A DNA stretch of 63,927 bases, counting the filler, from Choristocarpus tenellus KU-1152 (lineage: Eukaryota > Protista > Phaeophyceae), in assembly GCA_964200185.2 (NCBI GenBank). It is 11 parts of 11 records of this genome, joined end to end, with 100 filler letters (N's around TTAATTAATTAA, not from the genome) between each part and the next. Parts side by side here need not be neighbours in the genome. Positions count along the whole stretch, not along the records: positions 35,431 to 41,685 come from CAXNAD020008558.1; positions 41,786 to 46,796 come from CAXNAD020012173.1; positions 46,897 to 50,355 come from CAXNAD020019897.1; positions 50,456 to 54,254 come from CAXNAD020017860.1; 7 more parts are not named here. One strand, written 5' to 3'. Made by a program: the position numbers and the translations under genes. This document shows, in pieces, positions 38,835 through 52,227 of the stretch. The notes beneath the pieces are model-generated. The model searched no databases and had not been told where the DNA came from. It was given only the letters and a program-made list of their open reading frames with translations. Position 1 is the stretch's first letter; the number at the start of each line of letters is the position of its first letter.

Positions 38835-40857
38835 GTGAGTTAGCAATGGAAGGATGAAGGGATAGACCACCGCAGTACCTGTTGCAAGAATCTCTGCAAT
38901 CCACTTTCCAGTTATTGTGCCTAGGTATCTATTGGAACGATGTCAAACTGTGTATCACATCTCATTTTTTGTATTCTTTGTGTTTTCATGAATGTGAAAC
39001 AATCAGTAAAATAACATGTTCTTAGAAGTATAGATAAGAGCTGGACCCAACAGCACATTGGCCTAGTACTGTTCAACAGGTGTGGAGAGGTGACTGTTGT
39101 CATGCAAGAATGACTTGTCGATCCCAAGATCAAACGCCATGGGGGTAAGAAGCAAAGCAAAGCAAAAGGGCTTCCGTCTGCCCCCCCTCCCTTGGCGGTT
39201 GTATCAGTTTCTTTCAGTGCGAACAAAGCATAGCGCTGCTGCGTTCTGTTCTTGATTGATCTTGTTCAACTTCAATCAGCAAGAAGAATTTCAAATTTGG
39301 TTGGATTGAGGTGTCAGTGAACGAGATGAGTCAAAGGTGGCGTTATGAGACAAAGGGCATCCCGCCCCAGCTGGAGAAGGGCCCAACCAGAGGTGTTTAT
39401 AATTTGATTCCAAGAAGAGTCTTCTTCTGTGCCCTTTCTCCATCTCACCAGAATCGTGATGTGGTGTAATATCTGAAAAGAGACTATTTTTCATGTTTTT
39501 CTGAGGAAAGACTGAAACAATGGGCGGCTGAGGGGTTGAGTACAAATGGTGAATACGGATCTAGCATTGTTTTGAAGTTTATCTCTTTTTCTCATGGAAT
39601 TATTGTCATTATCTGCATAGAAGAGGATACGGACAACAGACACAACAGACACAACAGACACAAGAACCCTAAAGAGAGGTATGGGTAACAACTACAACTT
39701 CACAGTACAATCAAGAAGAAAGATACAGTAATTGTTATCTTCATATTTTTTAGTTGTGTAATGCACATTGTACTGGGTGGGGAGAGTAAAAACAAATGGA
39801 GACAAATCGGTTGAACTGATTAGAAAATCACAAAATAGTAATGATCAAAATGTTTATTCACAATTTAGTGAACGCTGATCTGGAAACAAAGCCAGAAGGT
39901 TATTTTTGATTAGGTTCTCGTTCTTTAAATGGTTACGGAAAATCGATTATATGGAGTGCAAAAGAATAATAATAGTAGTAATTCTAGTTTCTCTATGAAA
40001 GGAGTTATCCTCACCTTAGGACCTAGATCCAACTAAGGGGTCAGAGTCCACAACACTGATAGCATGTTCTGGTGAGGTCTCCTGGAGAGGGGAGTGAAGT
40101 GCATGTGTTGAAGTGTGGTGCAGGATGACCACAAGAGAAGAAGATGGTGGTATGATCGATCAAGATTATACTCTCAGCAGTATTATATAGTGTTACACAG
40201 GTAGTGTGGTGTCATGAATCGTAGCAATTAGGGGTTTTTTTGGGGGGGGGGCAAATTCAGGAGGGCACATATTGCCCTTGGAGCTCAGCAATTCACACGC
40301 CTCCATTTGTGCGCCATGCGTACATTTCGATTGTAATCGAAAACGATTAATTTTCTATTTAAATTTCGGTTCTCAAAACCGATACCACCAGCGTAAGCTC
40401 TACCATCTTACCGACCAGTGAAACCTCTGGTGTGTAGTCAGTAGCGGTGACCAATTTGTGATTAAGATTGCTGCACCGCTGACAAATCAGTTACGTTTGC
40501 TTCCCCTGGATTGAGTAGTTGATGCCTTTCTCGCATGTATTTGGGTGGCTTTTTTGAACTCCTTTGTTTTTTAGGTCATCCAACCATGGGTAGGTCTTCC
40601 CACCGTCTTACCTACTGTTTCCCTGGCATCGTTGCTCTTGCCTTGTCGCTCCCTCCCTCAAGAGCATAGCCTCTCGGACAAGCAAAGACTTGTGAAAAAA
40701 ATTCGGAAGTTTTAAGAAAATAACCAGAGAGTAGAGTTTGGGATACATCTTTTTTTGGCTGGAATAGAAAGGTTTGAAGTTAGATATTTGTACTATCTCT
40801 TTATGAAGCTGGATTAAGAAAGGTCGGTCTTCAGGGGAAGTTTTAACCCCTTGGTTT

Positions 40858-41114
40858 GAGCCAAAGGATTTAAGAGAGTAGAACTTATTTCCTGTTTGTC
40901 CGTTCGGGGCTTGGCTTCCCACGGGTTTTTGCGCCCCTTTTCGGTTTTCTATGTCAACACAGTTACCTAAGATGTATGCAACTATGAAAGGTGTGTCTGG
41001 AGCAAGGATATTGACACTTGTTAACAAGCACGATGGCCAAAATCTGTCAAAATCGCAACATTGGATTTATGACCCCAAACGGACGTGGGCCCACCCTCTT
41101 GAATGCATTCACTC
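40858..41114. mobile_element. MITE family B, diverged copy
   Basis: GAGCCAAAGGATTTAAGAGAGTA...TTGGCTTCCCACGGG...CCCTCTTGAATGCATTCACTC, colinear with 56693-56951. Confidence 0.75.
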
Positions 41115-41824
41115 TTTTTGGTGTCGAAAATATCTTCAGTTTTGAATTAAATGATATTTGCATATTAATAACACTAATTGTATTCCTAGCATGGTACATA
41201 TTTTGGGACGAGGACATGTGAAATAGATGTAAACGTGGTTTAGTGGGACAGTATTCTGCCTGCAGTTTCTTGTTCGATAGTCATACCTGTGCAATATAGA
41301 CTAGTAGTCTATATGGTTTATAGTATAAAAGTGAATGAAGTAGTTTAACTTGAACTTAAAAGTGACTGATGTAGTTCAACTTGAACGTATAAGTGACTGA
41401 TGTAGTGTAACCGTCACAAACACATTTAAACATATTTCTGACATGTTTGATGACGAATGAATTAGATAGCAAGGGAGAGCACCAGCCCCCACCTTGAGGA
41501 TAGTGCCCACTCCGCTAATAAACAAGTCCGTACCACATAAAGCAAAATACTCTATCAGAGTAGCTCTCTTTTGCATAGGTTATGAGCCTCAATGGTATGG
41601 AAGCGGACCCCCGTAAGCTGCCACTCTGGAGTGGAGCACGGGGGCATACACGGGAGAAGTGGGCGGAATGGTGGATGGCGCTGGTNNNNNNNNNNNNNNN
41701 NNNNNNNNNNNNNNNNNNNNNNNNNNNNNTTAATTAATTAANNNNNNNNNNNNNNNNNNNNNNNNNNNNNNNNNNNNNNNNNNNNCTTTCCCATTTTTCC
41801 TGTCCTTTTAGAGGTTGTGGGGGT

Positions 41825-41879
<55 letters not shown>

Positions 41880-42164
41880 GATTCTACTACTCTGCAGAAG
41901 AAAGTACTGCATGGAGGATCTGAAGAAGTAAGGATGGACCTCATTCAATGAGGTTACAGTTGCCGGACATAAAACAAATCACAGTCTGATTTTCCTGAAC
42001 GAATGCCAGCAGAAAGGAACCAATACATCAAAAAATACATCAAAAAATACATCAAGGCTCTACAAATCCCCAGCACAAAACACGCAGCAAGCCAATGACA
42101 TACAGTCACAGTTTCTTTGTCTCAAGGCCATCACTGACCAATCTGCAACTACAATTTTCCCGCA

Positions 42165-42210
42165 GTGACATTAGTGATATTAGTGACATTAGTGACATTA
42201 GTGATATTAC
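42165..42210. repeat. 9-bp tandem repeat (AGTGACATT)n
   Basis: About 5 units. Similar short intronic repeats at 39632-39662 (ACAACAGAC), 43428-43480 (CACACCTATTAT) and 58799-58836 (GAATCTTCTT). Confidence 0.85.
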
Positions 42211-42314
42211 ACTAACTGATTCGGTCAGCTACCTTTCGTGCAATACATACATTCGGCAAAGGTGGCCCTCCAAAGATCACATACATCACAAAAAAACAAC
42301 AAACAACAACACGG

Positions 42315-42345
<31 letters not shown>

Positions 42346-42457
42346 ATGTCCTGATGGGCCGCTTACAAAATTCAAAGCACAGGGGAGCAGTCGGAGGAAC
42401 ACAATTACACAGGGATAGGGCTCAACGAAGAGGGGGGAGGGGAGAGGGACTAAATAC

Positions 42458-43230
42458 CTTTTCCACTGGAGACGGAAGCGCCAGTCCATTTCTGCGTACA
42501 TAATCAATGACTGCATCTTCTGAGGTGAAGTAATCCCGTCCCTCCTTCCCAAACTTCTTGTTCTCAACCCCAGGCGGCCAGTAATGCCAGTCCGCTAACC
42601 CCTGCCATCACACGGAGAGTTCAAAACCGACCCAAGTCGTTGGGACAAGGGGTTGACATCGTGGATAATGAAAGCACCCCCTTGCTTTGTCAATTATTCT
42701 TCTGGAACATGACGGTGCATTCATAGCAACAGGAAACGGTAGGGAAAGAGCGACAGCGGCTAAAACAAACTAAAACACACCCAACTAAAAAACAATGGAA
42801 ACCCAATATGTGCCACAGGTGGAGCAGATGATGATTGCTGAGCAGGTAGCAAATCTCTGAGCGCAGAGAGAGATCCGCCCATTCAGCACACAAAATTATT
42901 TTACCGCCTTCCAAGACATGGAAACCCGCTTGATGTTTGGAAGTATTGGTGGGTTGATGTGTACGGCACAGAGCGTCGTTCGTCTTGCTTGGAGTGCATG
43001 GACGCCAATCCAACCACGTCACAGCCCTCTACCTGCACCATGGTACCAGATGCTCCTCTACAAGCCATCTAACACCTGCAACAATATCATGTGCAGAGCT
43101 TGACACATTTTGACGCATGGCACTTCCGAGAGCGCGCCCGAGGAACAGGATTAGAGCACCATACGCCTCCCCAATATCACAGGCATTACGAAAATATGTT
43201 AAAATGTTTCCCCATTAAAACGTCTCCCTA

Positions 43231-43262
<32 letters not shown>

Positions 43263-45568
43263 TATTAACCGCTTTGCAGACAAATACGTTAACGTTTAAC
43301 CCTTTCCAAGAAGGCAAACAAACAAACAAAAAAGACTGCGATTACACTCAAGCAACCGCCAGCTACACCCAAAAGGTCGGTCAAGTGCCTCATATTCCCC
43401 AGCCATTTTCCCGGATGAGATCTCTCGCACCTATTACCACACCTATTATCACACCTATTATCACACCTATTATCACTACTATGAGGTCTTCCTCGACTTG
43501 CACAGTGCCCCCCCCCGTACACAGGGGCAACAAAAAATGAAACACTGGATGATTGCATCGCATTTCCCCATCATCGGATTCATCAAAAGAAAAACTGACT
43601 CTTAATGCTATCCTTATGCGCTGTACGTCTCATTGCTGCATAAGTCATCGAAGATCGCCACAGACGCCCTCGACCTAAATTCGAGTTCAGATCTCAGGAT
43701 ATGTTTTTGCATCAACAATGACAAAAAATGGTTTGGTAAAAAAATTCCAACGCCATCAAGAAACTGATTAGTTTTTTTTTTTTTTTTTATTATTAACAAT
43801 GGAGGTGAAGAAAAGTAAAAGCAGTCCATCTCCACCTTCTATTTATACTATCGCCCCATCGATCAGAACTATCCTATCTTATATTTGAAAGGACCATCTG
43901 ACTCTTTGGGGAAAGTGTTACACTGTGTTGGTAAAAGTGTCGCCAGAGAGATGACAACAGCCTGAAATGATTTAAAAAAAAAAATCAAGTATAAATATGA
44001 CCAAGATGTTTCAATAAGAGACACTGCTCATAGTTCGGGATTTTTTCACAATCAGTGAAAGTTCTCACTCCATGGTGAGAGGGTGTCAACAGCTGATCCA
44101 CTAATCATACAAATCAGAATGTCAAAAAGTACATTGAACATGACCCAATAAAATTTCCTGGAAAATGCTGTATTGGGATGACAAGAAAATTGATCGCTTA
44201 GTCATCTTCTTTTTCAAAATATTGAGGAAGGCCCACTTCCTTTCTATACTTCTCTGGCAAGACCAAAACACCTTGTACTACTAATTTCGTCAACACATGT
44301 CACCAAGTGCACACACTATTTCAACTGCCCCTGCTAACCCATGAACCAGTCGTTTTTCTCACCCTGCCAGGGGTGCTGGTCCAACGATTAGTTAACAGGT
44401 ACCTCCATAGGTCACTGAAGTGCTGGAAAGATGTACCCATGCCAAAATCCAGCCCAACCTTGGGGTTTGGAGGAGCGGGTGATGACAAAGCAGCCGCTAC
44501 CGCCGCCCCTCCCCTTCCCACACCACCATCCCAGCCGGAGCCTTGAGCAATGGCTTCCTTCGCGATGCTCATGGCTTTCTTAAATTGGTGCTTAAGTTGT
44601 GCTCCGAGCTTCCAGCGATGGTAGCAAAACAGGAAGAAGGGAACAGAAAATAAAACAAAAAACGGTCGAAGATTGAGCACTACACATTGCAATTACACCA
44701 ACAGAGAGCGGAAGGAGGTATACAGAGCAGGCGAAACACAAACGGTTGTTCTCTACTGAACACTGCCCTACAGAATATGTTGGTACCGACAGTTAGATGT
44801 AGGAGACAAAGTGCAAACAACTGGTGGGCTACTGTCCATAATTTGTACAAGGTCCAATGCTTCTCTGCAAGGGTGCATTATTATAGGGCCTTGGGGAAAC
44901 TAGTGCTGAGAGCCAAAAGAAATCTCGCCAAGATTTCAGACTTTCGCTGGGAAGTGGTGATGTCTCTGATTGACATTTATCCTACGAACAAAGAGTCACC
45001 GACTTACTCGCTGCTGCTTCATTTTCTCCAAATTTTCAAGGTAGGGCCTCGTAGTCTCATCGCTCTCAGAGATGATATCCCATTCTTTTTCGTCACCCAT
45101 GAACCTTTACGGGATGCAGGGTTGGAGGATTGTGAACGTAATCATAGAGGTCGAAATTTTGTCAAGAAAGCGCTGAATGAGCTGTATACTTCCAGTGGCA
45201 CATAATCTCCGTGGGGTGGTGGTCACTTGGAATTCGAGGTAGTCGGTCTTTTCCCAAACCAACATGTGCACATTTAAAATACATAGCCTTCAACTTGTCG
45301 GCATTCGAAAAAAATGTCTACAATCCATTTCTCTGAGCCATCAACCATTTCCCAGTTCAACTCACAGGACCACAAGCTCGTCATCTTGAGGTTCCGCCTC
45401 CTTGTCAAAGACATGAACCTGCCTCCTTGCCGGGATTAAGAAGCCTATCCCATCCGGAACCAACCCTGCGTCCTGGGCAGTAGACCAGGTTTTAAAAACC
45501 ATTGCCGGCCACCATTTCTCTCTCTTATTCGCCCTCACCCATGCCATCGATCCATCCTCAAGTTTCAT
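42458..45568 (-). CDS. PWWP-domain protein, first four exons (3' part missing)
   Basis: Phase-consistent exons 45568-45366, 45104-45008, 44608-44363 and 42601-42458: MKLEDGSMAWVRANKREKWWPAMVF...ELVVL/FMGDEKEWDII.../LGAQLKHQFKKAMSIAKE...FSDLWRYLLTNRWTSTPGR/GLADWHYWPPGVENKKFGKEGRDYFTSEDAVIDYV. PWWP hallmarks: WxRxxxxxxWWPAxV, VxFxG and FxxAxxxA. Confidence 0.85.
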
Positions 45569-46353
45569 CTTGAATGAAGTAGGATAGTCTCACGATCACA
45601 GTTGCCTCAACCGGTAAGGTGTGTGACAAGGATTTGTCTGTGCTTCAAAGGCCACTACACACTTTCAAGCTTGATGGATCCACAACTTTTCTAACTTGTA
45701 TTAATCAGGAACATAATTTTTATTCACAAGTAGTATATTCAAATTTCCAAATCAGAAAGAACACAACAATGTATTATTTTATTTTTTGGGAGAGCTGGAA
45801 TAGGAATCGCGCGATGGGGGATATCTCTTAACCTTCACCGCGCGCATTTTCGTTTTAGTTTCGAGAAGTGATACCACAACAATCTTGGTCGTTCGTTGGT
45901 GTACTGTGTGTGGATTAAGATATCACTTGTAAGGGGAGAGATATGACACGAGGCCTCTGCAAACTAAGGCTGTGGGTTCTGTTTGCTTCTCTCACGACTA
46001 GACTTTCGTTGGGCAAGCACGTGGTCTTGGACAATGTGCGAAACTTGGGCATCGAGTCCAGCAGCCACGATCTTTTCCTCTTCCACTCTGTTCAATCCAG
46101 CACTTGCTTTCTCTCCGCTGTTTCTCAATATATTGACTGAGTATCCTTGTGAATCCCTTCGCAAGTACATTAGAATTGTACAGATGGAAAATCACACAAA
46201 GTGCCCAAGTGATAACTGTTGTAGTAACGATCCCATACCCTTGTCATCCCCCCATCAACATCGAATTGGACACTGAACTTGTTCTTACTTCCTATACTTG
46301 GACTTTTTGTGCAGTTCATTATCGTACACTGAAACCCTGGTTGCATTGTACAG

Positions 46354-46462
46354 GTTTTGTCGGACAATCCTCCCCCGGGGCAAAGCGATGCATCTTGCGC
46401 ACATCTCGTCCGTGTTGGTCTCGACGAGGGTGTGGACCACTCTGGACGGCCGCTTGTCGAAC
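46354..46462 (+). CDS. Probable internal exon of an unknown gene divergent from the PWWP gene (candidate start 45943, candidate upstream exon from 46184)
   Basis: tacag|GTTTTG...GAAC|gtgagt is open as VLSDNPPPGQSDASCAHLVRVGLDEGVDHSGRPLVE. No family recognised. Confidence 0.35.
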
Positions 46463-47131
46463 GTGAGTTCTATTCTGCAATCCTCAATTCGATCTTGCGG
46501 AAGCATTGCGTATCACTGAGCACCAAGCAAGCCTCCTGCTCACGTTCTTTTCTGATTTATGGTTTTTCTGTACCATCTGCTGAATTCTTTCACTCTGCTT
46601 TTCAAGCGTACTATGGTAAAAAATGGGACACCACACTTGTGACAATAGCAGCCAAGAATGAACTGACATATCTACCCTGTTCTCTTTATACCATTTTGTT
46701 ATTGGATGGCACGTGGTAATGAAAATGTGCCCATGATGCTAACACCGTGAGTCCAGCCGAGGTACACCACCTGCCTCTCGCCATGCGCAAGAGGTGNNNN
46801 NNNNNNNNNNNNNNNNNNNNNNNNNNNNNNNNNNNNNNNNTTAATTAATTAANNNNNNNNNNNNNNNNNNNNNNNNNNNNNNNNNNNNNNNNNNNNCCCC
46901 CCCTCCCAGATACTTTGGGTCAATGAAGATGGGCACCAAGGGGCTGAATGAAGATGGCCGCCAAGGGGCTGAATTATAGCACGAGCACCATAAAGAGGTG
47001 GTTGGATGATATGGGGGCCATACCGAATTGTCGATAGATCAAACGCAAGCTTAAATCGTGGCAAAAGGTATGGAGAATACAGTTTGTTTGCGATCAAGTG
47101 GACCGGAAACGTGGTGTGTACGCCTTACACG

Positions 47132-48428
47132 GTGAACAAGATCCATGTGGATGAAACCTGGCTTTACGTAATTACTGATGGGGAAAGGGTTAGTATATTT
47201 CCGCATGAGGATGATAGCGACCTTTCAGGGTCTCCTACTGTGCAGCACAAAAGTCATATCCCCCAAACCCTGATCATTGCAGCCAACGCCCGCCCAGATT
47301 CGGCTCACAGCTTTGATGGAAAGCTTGGTGTTAGACGTGTGTGTGCGCCAAAAACGGTAGGCAGGACAAGCAGAACCATATAAAGGGGGTTGTGTATGAG
47401 CAGGACTGTACTTTAGACCATTTGTGGTACAGGAACTGGTACATGGAGGAGTTACTGCCTGCAATCAAGACCAAGATGCCTTGGTTGTAGGGGAAGCACG
47501 GTGTCGTTCAGCAAGACGGTGCCACCCCCCACACGGGCAAGGACAACTCAGAAATCTTGTCAGGGGCAGGGAAGACCGAGGGGTGGTCGATTAGGCTTGT
47601 GATGCAACCATCTAACTCCCCCGACGTCAATACTATGGACCTGTGCTTCTTCAGGTCTTTGAAATGCCGGGTGATGGAGGAGCAGTTTGGGTTCTTTGAG
47701 GAGATGGGGAAGGTCATTAAGAAATAGTATGAGGAGTATGATGAAACCACCCCTGGGACGGCTTGGCAGCTCCTTTTTGTGGTGTACAGGTTACAATATG
47801 CTCCAGAACTCACCTCCGCAGGATGTGCAACTCTAATCCAACAACCTTAAAACGATGCTATGGGGGTATTTCCTCAGTTGATAGCCACTTGCGGTGCAGC
47901 CACTCTTCTCTCGATTACCCAATCAGTGCTTAACTCAATGCTTGACTTATTGTTTCACTCGAGATAAAAGAATGAAAAACGTGCGTTGGGTGGCCCTCAA
48001 AAGCACTCTTATATTTGCATCATCCACCCGATTCCTACAGACTATAAGTTAAAAGACATCTGCAAGCTTTGGTATACGTAATCAAATTACAAAACCTTTC
48101 ACCAACTCCCAGGAATTGACGTTTGTTCTGTGAGGTTAAGTATGCATTTTGAATCTTACTTCTGCATTTCCTATCAATTCAACGTCTCCTCTTGTATAAT
48201 TCTTACATATGCATACTGTTCGCGCATGTTGGCACGTGGAAAGAAATCCTCGCTCTATTCGCCTGTAACATAAATCAAGTACTTAGACACAAAGGGAGGA
48301 ATGACTTCGGTGTGGAGCACACAGGGGTAAGGAAGAGGCATTTGTCTGTCGAGCTTGAAAATACGTCGAAGGTAGACATGGAGGCTTTTTCTGTGACTGA
48401 TAAAATTGTGATGGATGGGGAGGAATAA
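47132..48428 (+). pseudogene. Tc1/mariner plant-mariner-like transposase pseudogene with DD40D spacing, split by a solo LTR
   Basis: IHVDETW (D at 47150), QHKSHI, AANARP, FDGKLG, VQQDGATPH (D at 47515), QPSNSPDVNTMDLCFF (D at 47638). The C-terminus NQVLRHKGRNDFGVEHTGVRKR resumes after 48270. In-frame stops present. Confidence 0.9.
47789..48270 (+). mobile_element. Solo LTR (482 bp) nested in the mariner transposase
   Basis: GGTTACA...GAACTCACCTCCGCAGGATG start and TCGCCTGTAACA end match 19514-19211. Flanks TACA/TAAA (3 of 4 match). Confidence 0.7.
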
Positions 48429-50244
48429 AAATAAAAAGAGCTGACCCCAACCAGAAATTCATTAAGGATTCCCAATCTTTTAGAAACGAATTTCATGAAC
48501 ATCTTCAAACGCTATGGACAACCGGGCACAGACTTATGGCGTGGAGGTAGTATACTTAGAGACCTCTGCATGTTACCCCTTTCGACGTACAAAGTGACAC
48601 CACAATTCAGCGAAGAATATTTCTGTAATTGTGCAAAACTGCATCTTTTTGCCCTTTCTCGGGATCCTTAAAATGCAACCTTGCCTTAACCTCTCAATTG
48701 ATTTGGCTCTTTGCCCGTTGGTGAACTCGAAAAGGTCAGTGACTACAATTATTTCAATACCTCCAAACCTCAGAGCCAAAGTAAACCAGAGATACTCTGT
48801 TTTTGGTCGTTTTGCATTAGAGGGTAGTTTTTCATTTATTTGCTTATTCATCCATATTTCTATGGATGGCGAGCTAAGTTTGACCTGAGAGGGTTGGTTT
48901 CTCTGTTCGAAACCTTTCGACACGATTCGGATATTATTTTATTCTCATAGGAAAAAAAAGGCGATGTTTGCCCACATTTGCCGTCATCCTTAAGACCCAA
49001 CTCTGGGTACCTCTCGTTTAGTTTGACCTTCAGTAGGCGAACATCACCAGTGTTCTGTTTGATCCAAGCAATAAGATTCAAATGTCATGCTGTCCCAATC
49101 CCTCCCCTTCCACCTCTCTCTCCAGTACTGGTGTATTGGCATCTATAACAATGAACAATCTGTCCTTAGAGGGAACCTGCTTGACAGTTATATGAAGGGT
49201 CCCGGAACTCGTCCTTCTCCCCTCTTTTCATCCCTCACTGTGAGCTTGGAAGGTGCATGGACTATAACGAACAATGCTGCATTCAGGATCCAAACCTGCA
49301 TCAGCTGATAGCTGATGTATGCTGCGCTTGGGCTTTTTTCACTGGACAATCGACTTCTTCACTGCTGCCATGCGACACCATATCTTGCTGTTCTACTCTC
49401 GTCTCCATCCATTGCAGTAGAAAATATACCCAATCCTTTCGAATTCGTGCTGTCCACCTTGTCTTGTCTTCTGAAGTCCGATTACGTCACATCCAATATT
49501 TATTGCTTGTATCAGTGGGGTATCGCCATGACTTATCCCGTTCTCGCCATTTTCCGCAATGGTGTGAGCTTTCTAGGTGGCTCTTGTGTCTCCTGTTCCA
49601 AGTTCTCGAGGAGGCAAAGGCTTTTCCCTTCGGCTTCCTCTGCACAGCATTCAGGTCGTTCTCTTCCTTCCTAGCTCTCCTTGTATGGCCTCTGTACGTG
49701 GCTTGCTTCTCACGCCATGGAGTGGGTTGACCCCCACCTCATCAGCAGTAAACATTTCTCCACCATCCTCCCATAATATACCACGAGCGTTCGCTGCAAA
49801 AACATTCGACCTAACTTCTACCGCACTCAATGAACTTGTATGAATATTCATACACCAAATTATGACGACACATACACCCCAAATGAGATAGAATGTGGTG
49901 TGTGGAAAGCAAGGGGAGCAAAAACGTCAACGGACGAGAGTCGAGGGACACGTGCAAGTAATGACATGTAATCGGTTTATATCTCCACAGGGTTGGGGCT
50001 TAATCTGTGGTGTCGTAGGATGACAACCCAAGAAACTGTGGATGCTGTAAGTTGGATTAGTTGCTAAGATCATAATGTGATATTGCTAAACCTCCCAATT
50101 TTTCCTTTGTTATTAGGGAATTTCTGGAAAGTCGATATCTAGCCCCTCCAAGTGCGCTTTTCTAATTGCTGATGTGCACATGAATTCAGCAGAGAGACAA
50201 GCACCACTAATTAAATTAAACCAACTGTGAGAGCAACATTCCAC

Positions 50245-50355
50245 AGAAGGCATACCCTGAAGGTTACCTATCTTGAATATCATGTAGAAGGTATGCCCTG
50301 AAGGTTACCTATCTTGAACATCATGTAGAAGGTATACCCTGAAGGTGACCTATCT
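50245..50355. repeat. 41-bp tandem repeat running off the contig end
   Basis: AGAAGGYATRCCCTGAAGGTTACCTATCTTGAAYATCATGT starting at 50245, 50286 and 50327. Confidence 0.9.
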
Positions 50356-52227
50356 NNNNNNNNNNNNNNNNNNNNNNNNNNNNNNNNNNNNNNNNNNNNT
50401 TAATTAATTAANNNNNNNNNNNNNNNNNNNNNNNNNNNNNNNNNNNNNNNNNNNNTTCAAAAGTGCCGCAACATTTACAAAAAAAAAACTATAGGCACTT
50501 TCCGCGCACCATTTTGGGTCAAACCCATCCTCCATGGCATAGTATGCTCTATCCTCAATGTTGGTGATCAGCTGTTAATTATTGACGATCTTCTCCTCAA
50601 CCCTATTCATCATATTTAATGAAAATAAGTGCGAAAAGTGTTGCATTGTTCTCCACACACTCTTCCCTCCTTTCTAGGGAACCTATTCCAAATCCCCCCA
50701 CCTCTATTGCTTGCACCAAATATTCTACAGAGCATGAACAATACTAGTAGGCAAGTCACGCAGCATGAGATAGCTACCTATAGAATTTAATCTCAAACTC
50801 TCTTCTTACATATGTCATCCACTGCCTCGGCTCCAGCAACTACAATTGTTTCATATTTCTGAAGAGAGGTGCTTTTATTGCGGCTGACTGATAGGTCCAT
50901 ACCTTGATCACATCCCTTTCATTTGATAGTAGTAGGAACGATTGACCCGAAGAGGATTGTAAGAAATCCTAATCAATTAAAGCACTGCACACCGAAACTT
51001 GATGCCCCCGTATTCAAGGGGACATTCTTGTACTACGGTCGCCGAATCGTTCCTGTATTTGTTTGAAAGGGTAGGAGGAGGATGCCGACCAATCAGTTCA
51101 CAGATAGGATTAAATATACCAAATCCCAAACCATTGCCTCCTCCCATAATCGCGAGGTCTCAACAATAAACTACTGCACCTCAAAGTGTATCGTAATAAC
51201 GGAAAATGAGATGCCAGGCCACGAGCGAAAAAGAAAGTTGATAGCAGGGCCCATCCATCATTTACTATCTAGAGATCTTTCCAACAGCGCCTGGATTTTG
51301 TGTACATGTGCGTGTGTGCGCATGTCTGTGCTACAACAGTTGTAGGGCATTTCCCATAATGTTAAGGGTCCTCAGCCTATCAGATGCAACGCGTCAGGTT
51401 GGCAGGGGGAGGAATCAGCCCTCTCTTTCGTAAAGACCCCAAATTCAGTATACTTGCTCTCTTTAAGCCTGCTCCTGTAAGCACATTCCCATCCCTATAA
51501 TCCCATGCACAGCAGGTAGATTCTACACAAACACAATTTGCATACGCACCACTATAGAACATCTCCAGCAGTCAGTTAGTTACCAGGGGAAACAGAAAGG
51601 CACTTGGCCAGTCCAGCTCAGACGCCCCACCCCCCTTAAGAACACATGGCAGGAGGTAGGTAAACCACTGTATAATACAAAAAGTACATGTTACCTGGCA
51701 GTTTGGGGAGGCAGATCGTGACCAGGACAATCCAACAAGCATGAGAAGGCCTAACGAAACCACAGGCATTTGAAATAGATCAGAGTCTACTCTCCTAATG
51801 CACCAATTTTCTTGAGCAATCGAAAGAGAAGTCCGCACTTTCCCATAGCGTTGAAAAGAAGACAGCACACATATGCTAGACGATTATACTAGTGCACGTA
51901 GTAACTTCACAAATCATACACCAGTACGACACTTTAAGACTTAACTCCATACCTTCACGCCGTCACACCAACCAATGACCCTAACCCTAACTCTAACCCT
52001 ATCTCAAACACTGGTAAACAACAGTGACATCTCTTCAACAGTGATACGAGCAGTTACACCACACACCAAAGACAGCCGAACACGAGTAGATAAACCTAGC
52101 ACTAAGAACAGTGAACAAGCACGGGTACTCCTGCGGAATGATTCGGGGGAGAGGGGAGAAGGAAGCTGGTGAACTGGTTTGGAACGATCCTCAAGCGTTT
52201 GCTGTTCATTCCCTGGCGTGGCAGTAG

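Noticed and set aside
41786-41944. Poly-proline ORF
   Set aside because: Produced by a long G run at a contig end; the length is unreliable.
48570-49850. Coding-like minus-strand stretches, possibly retroelement-derived
   Set aside because: Multiple stops and no diagnostic motif.
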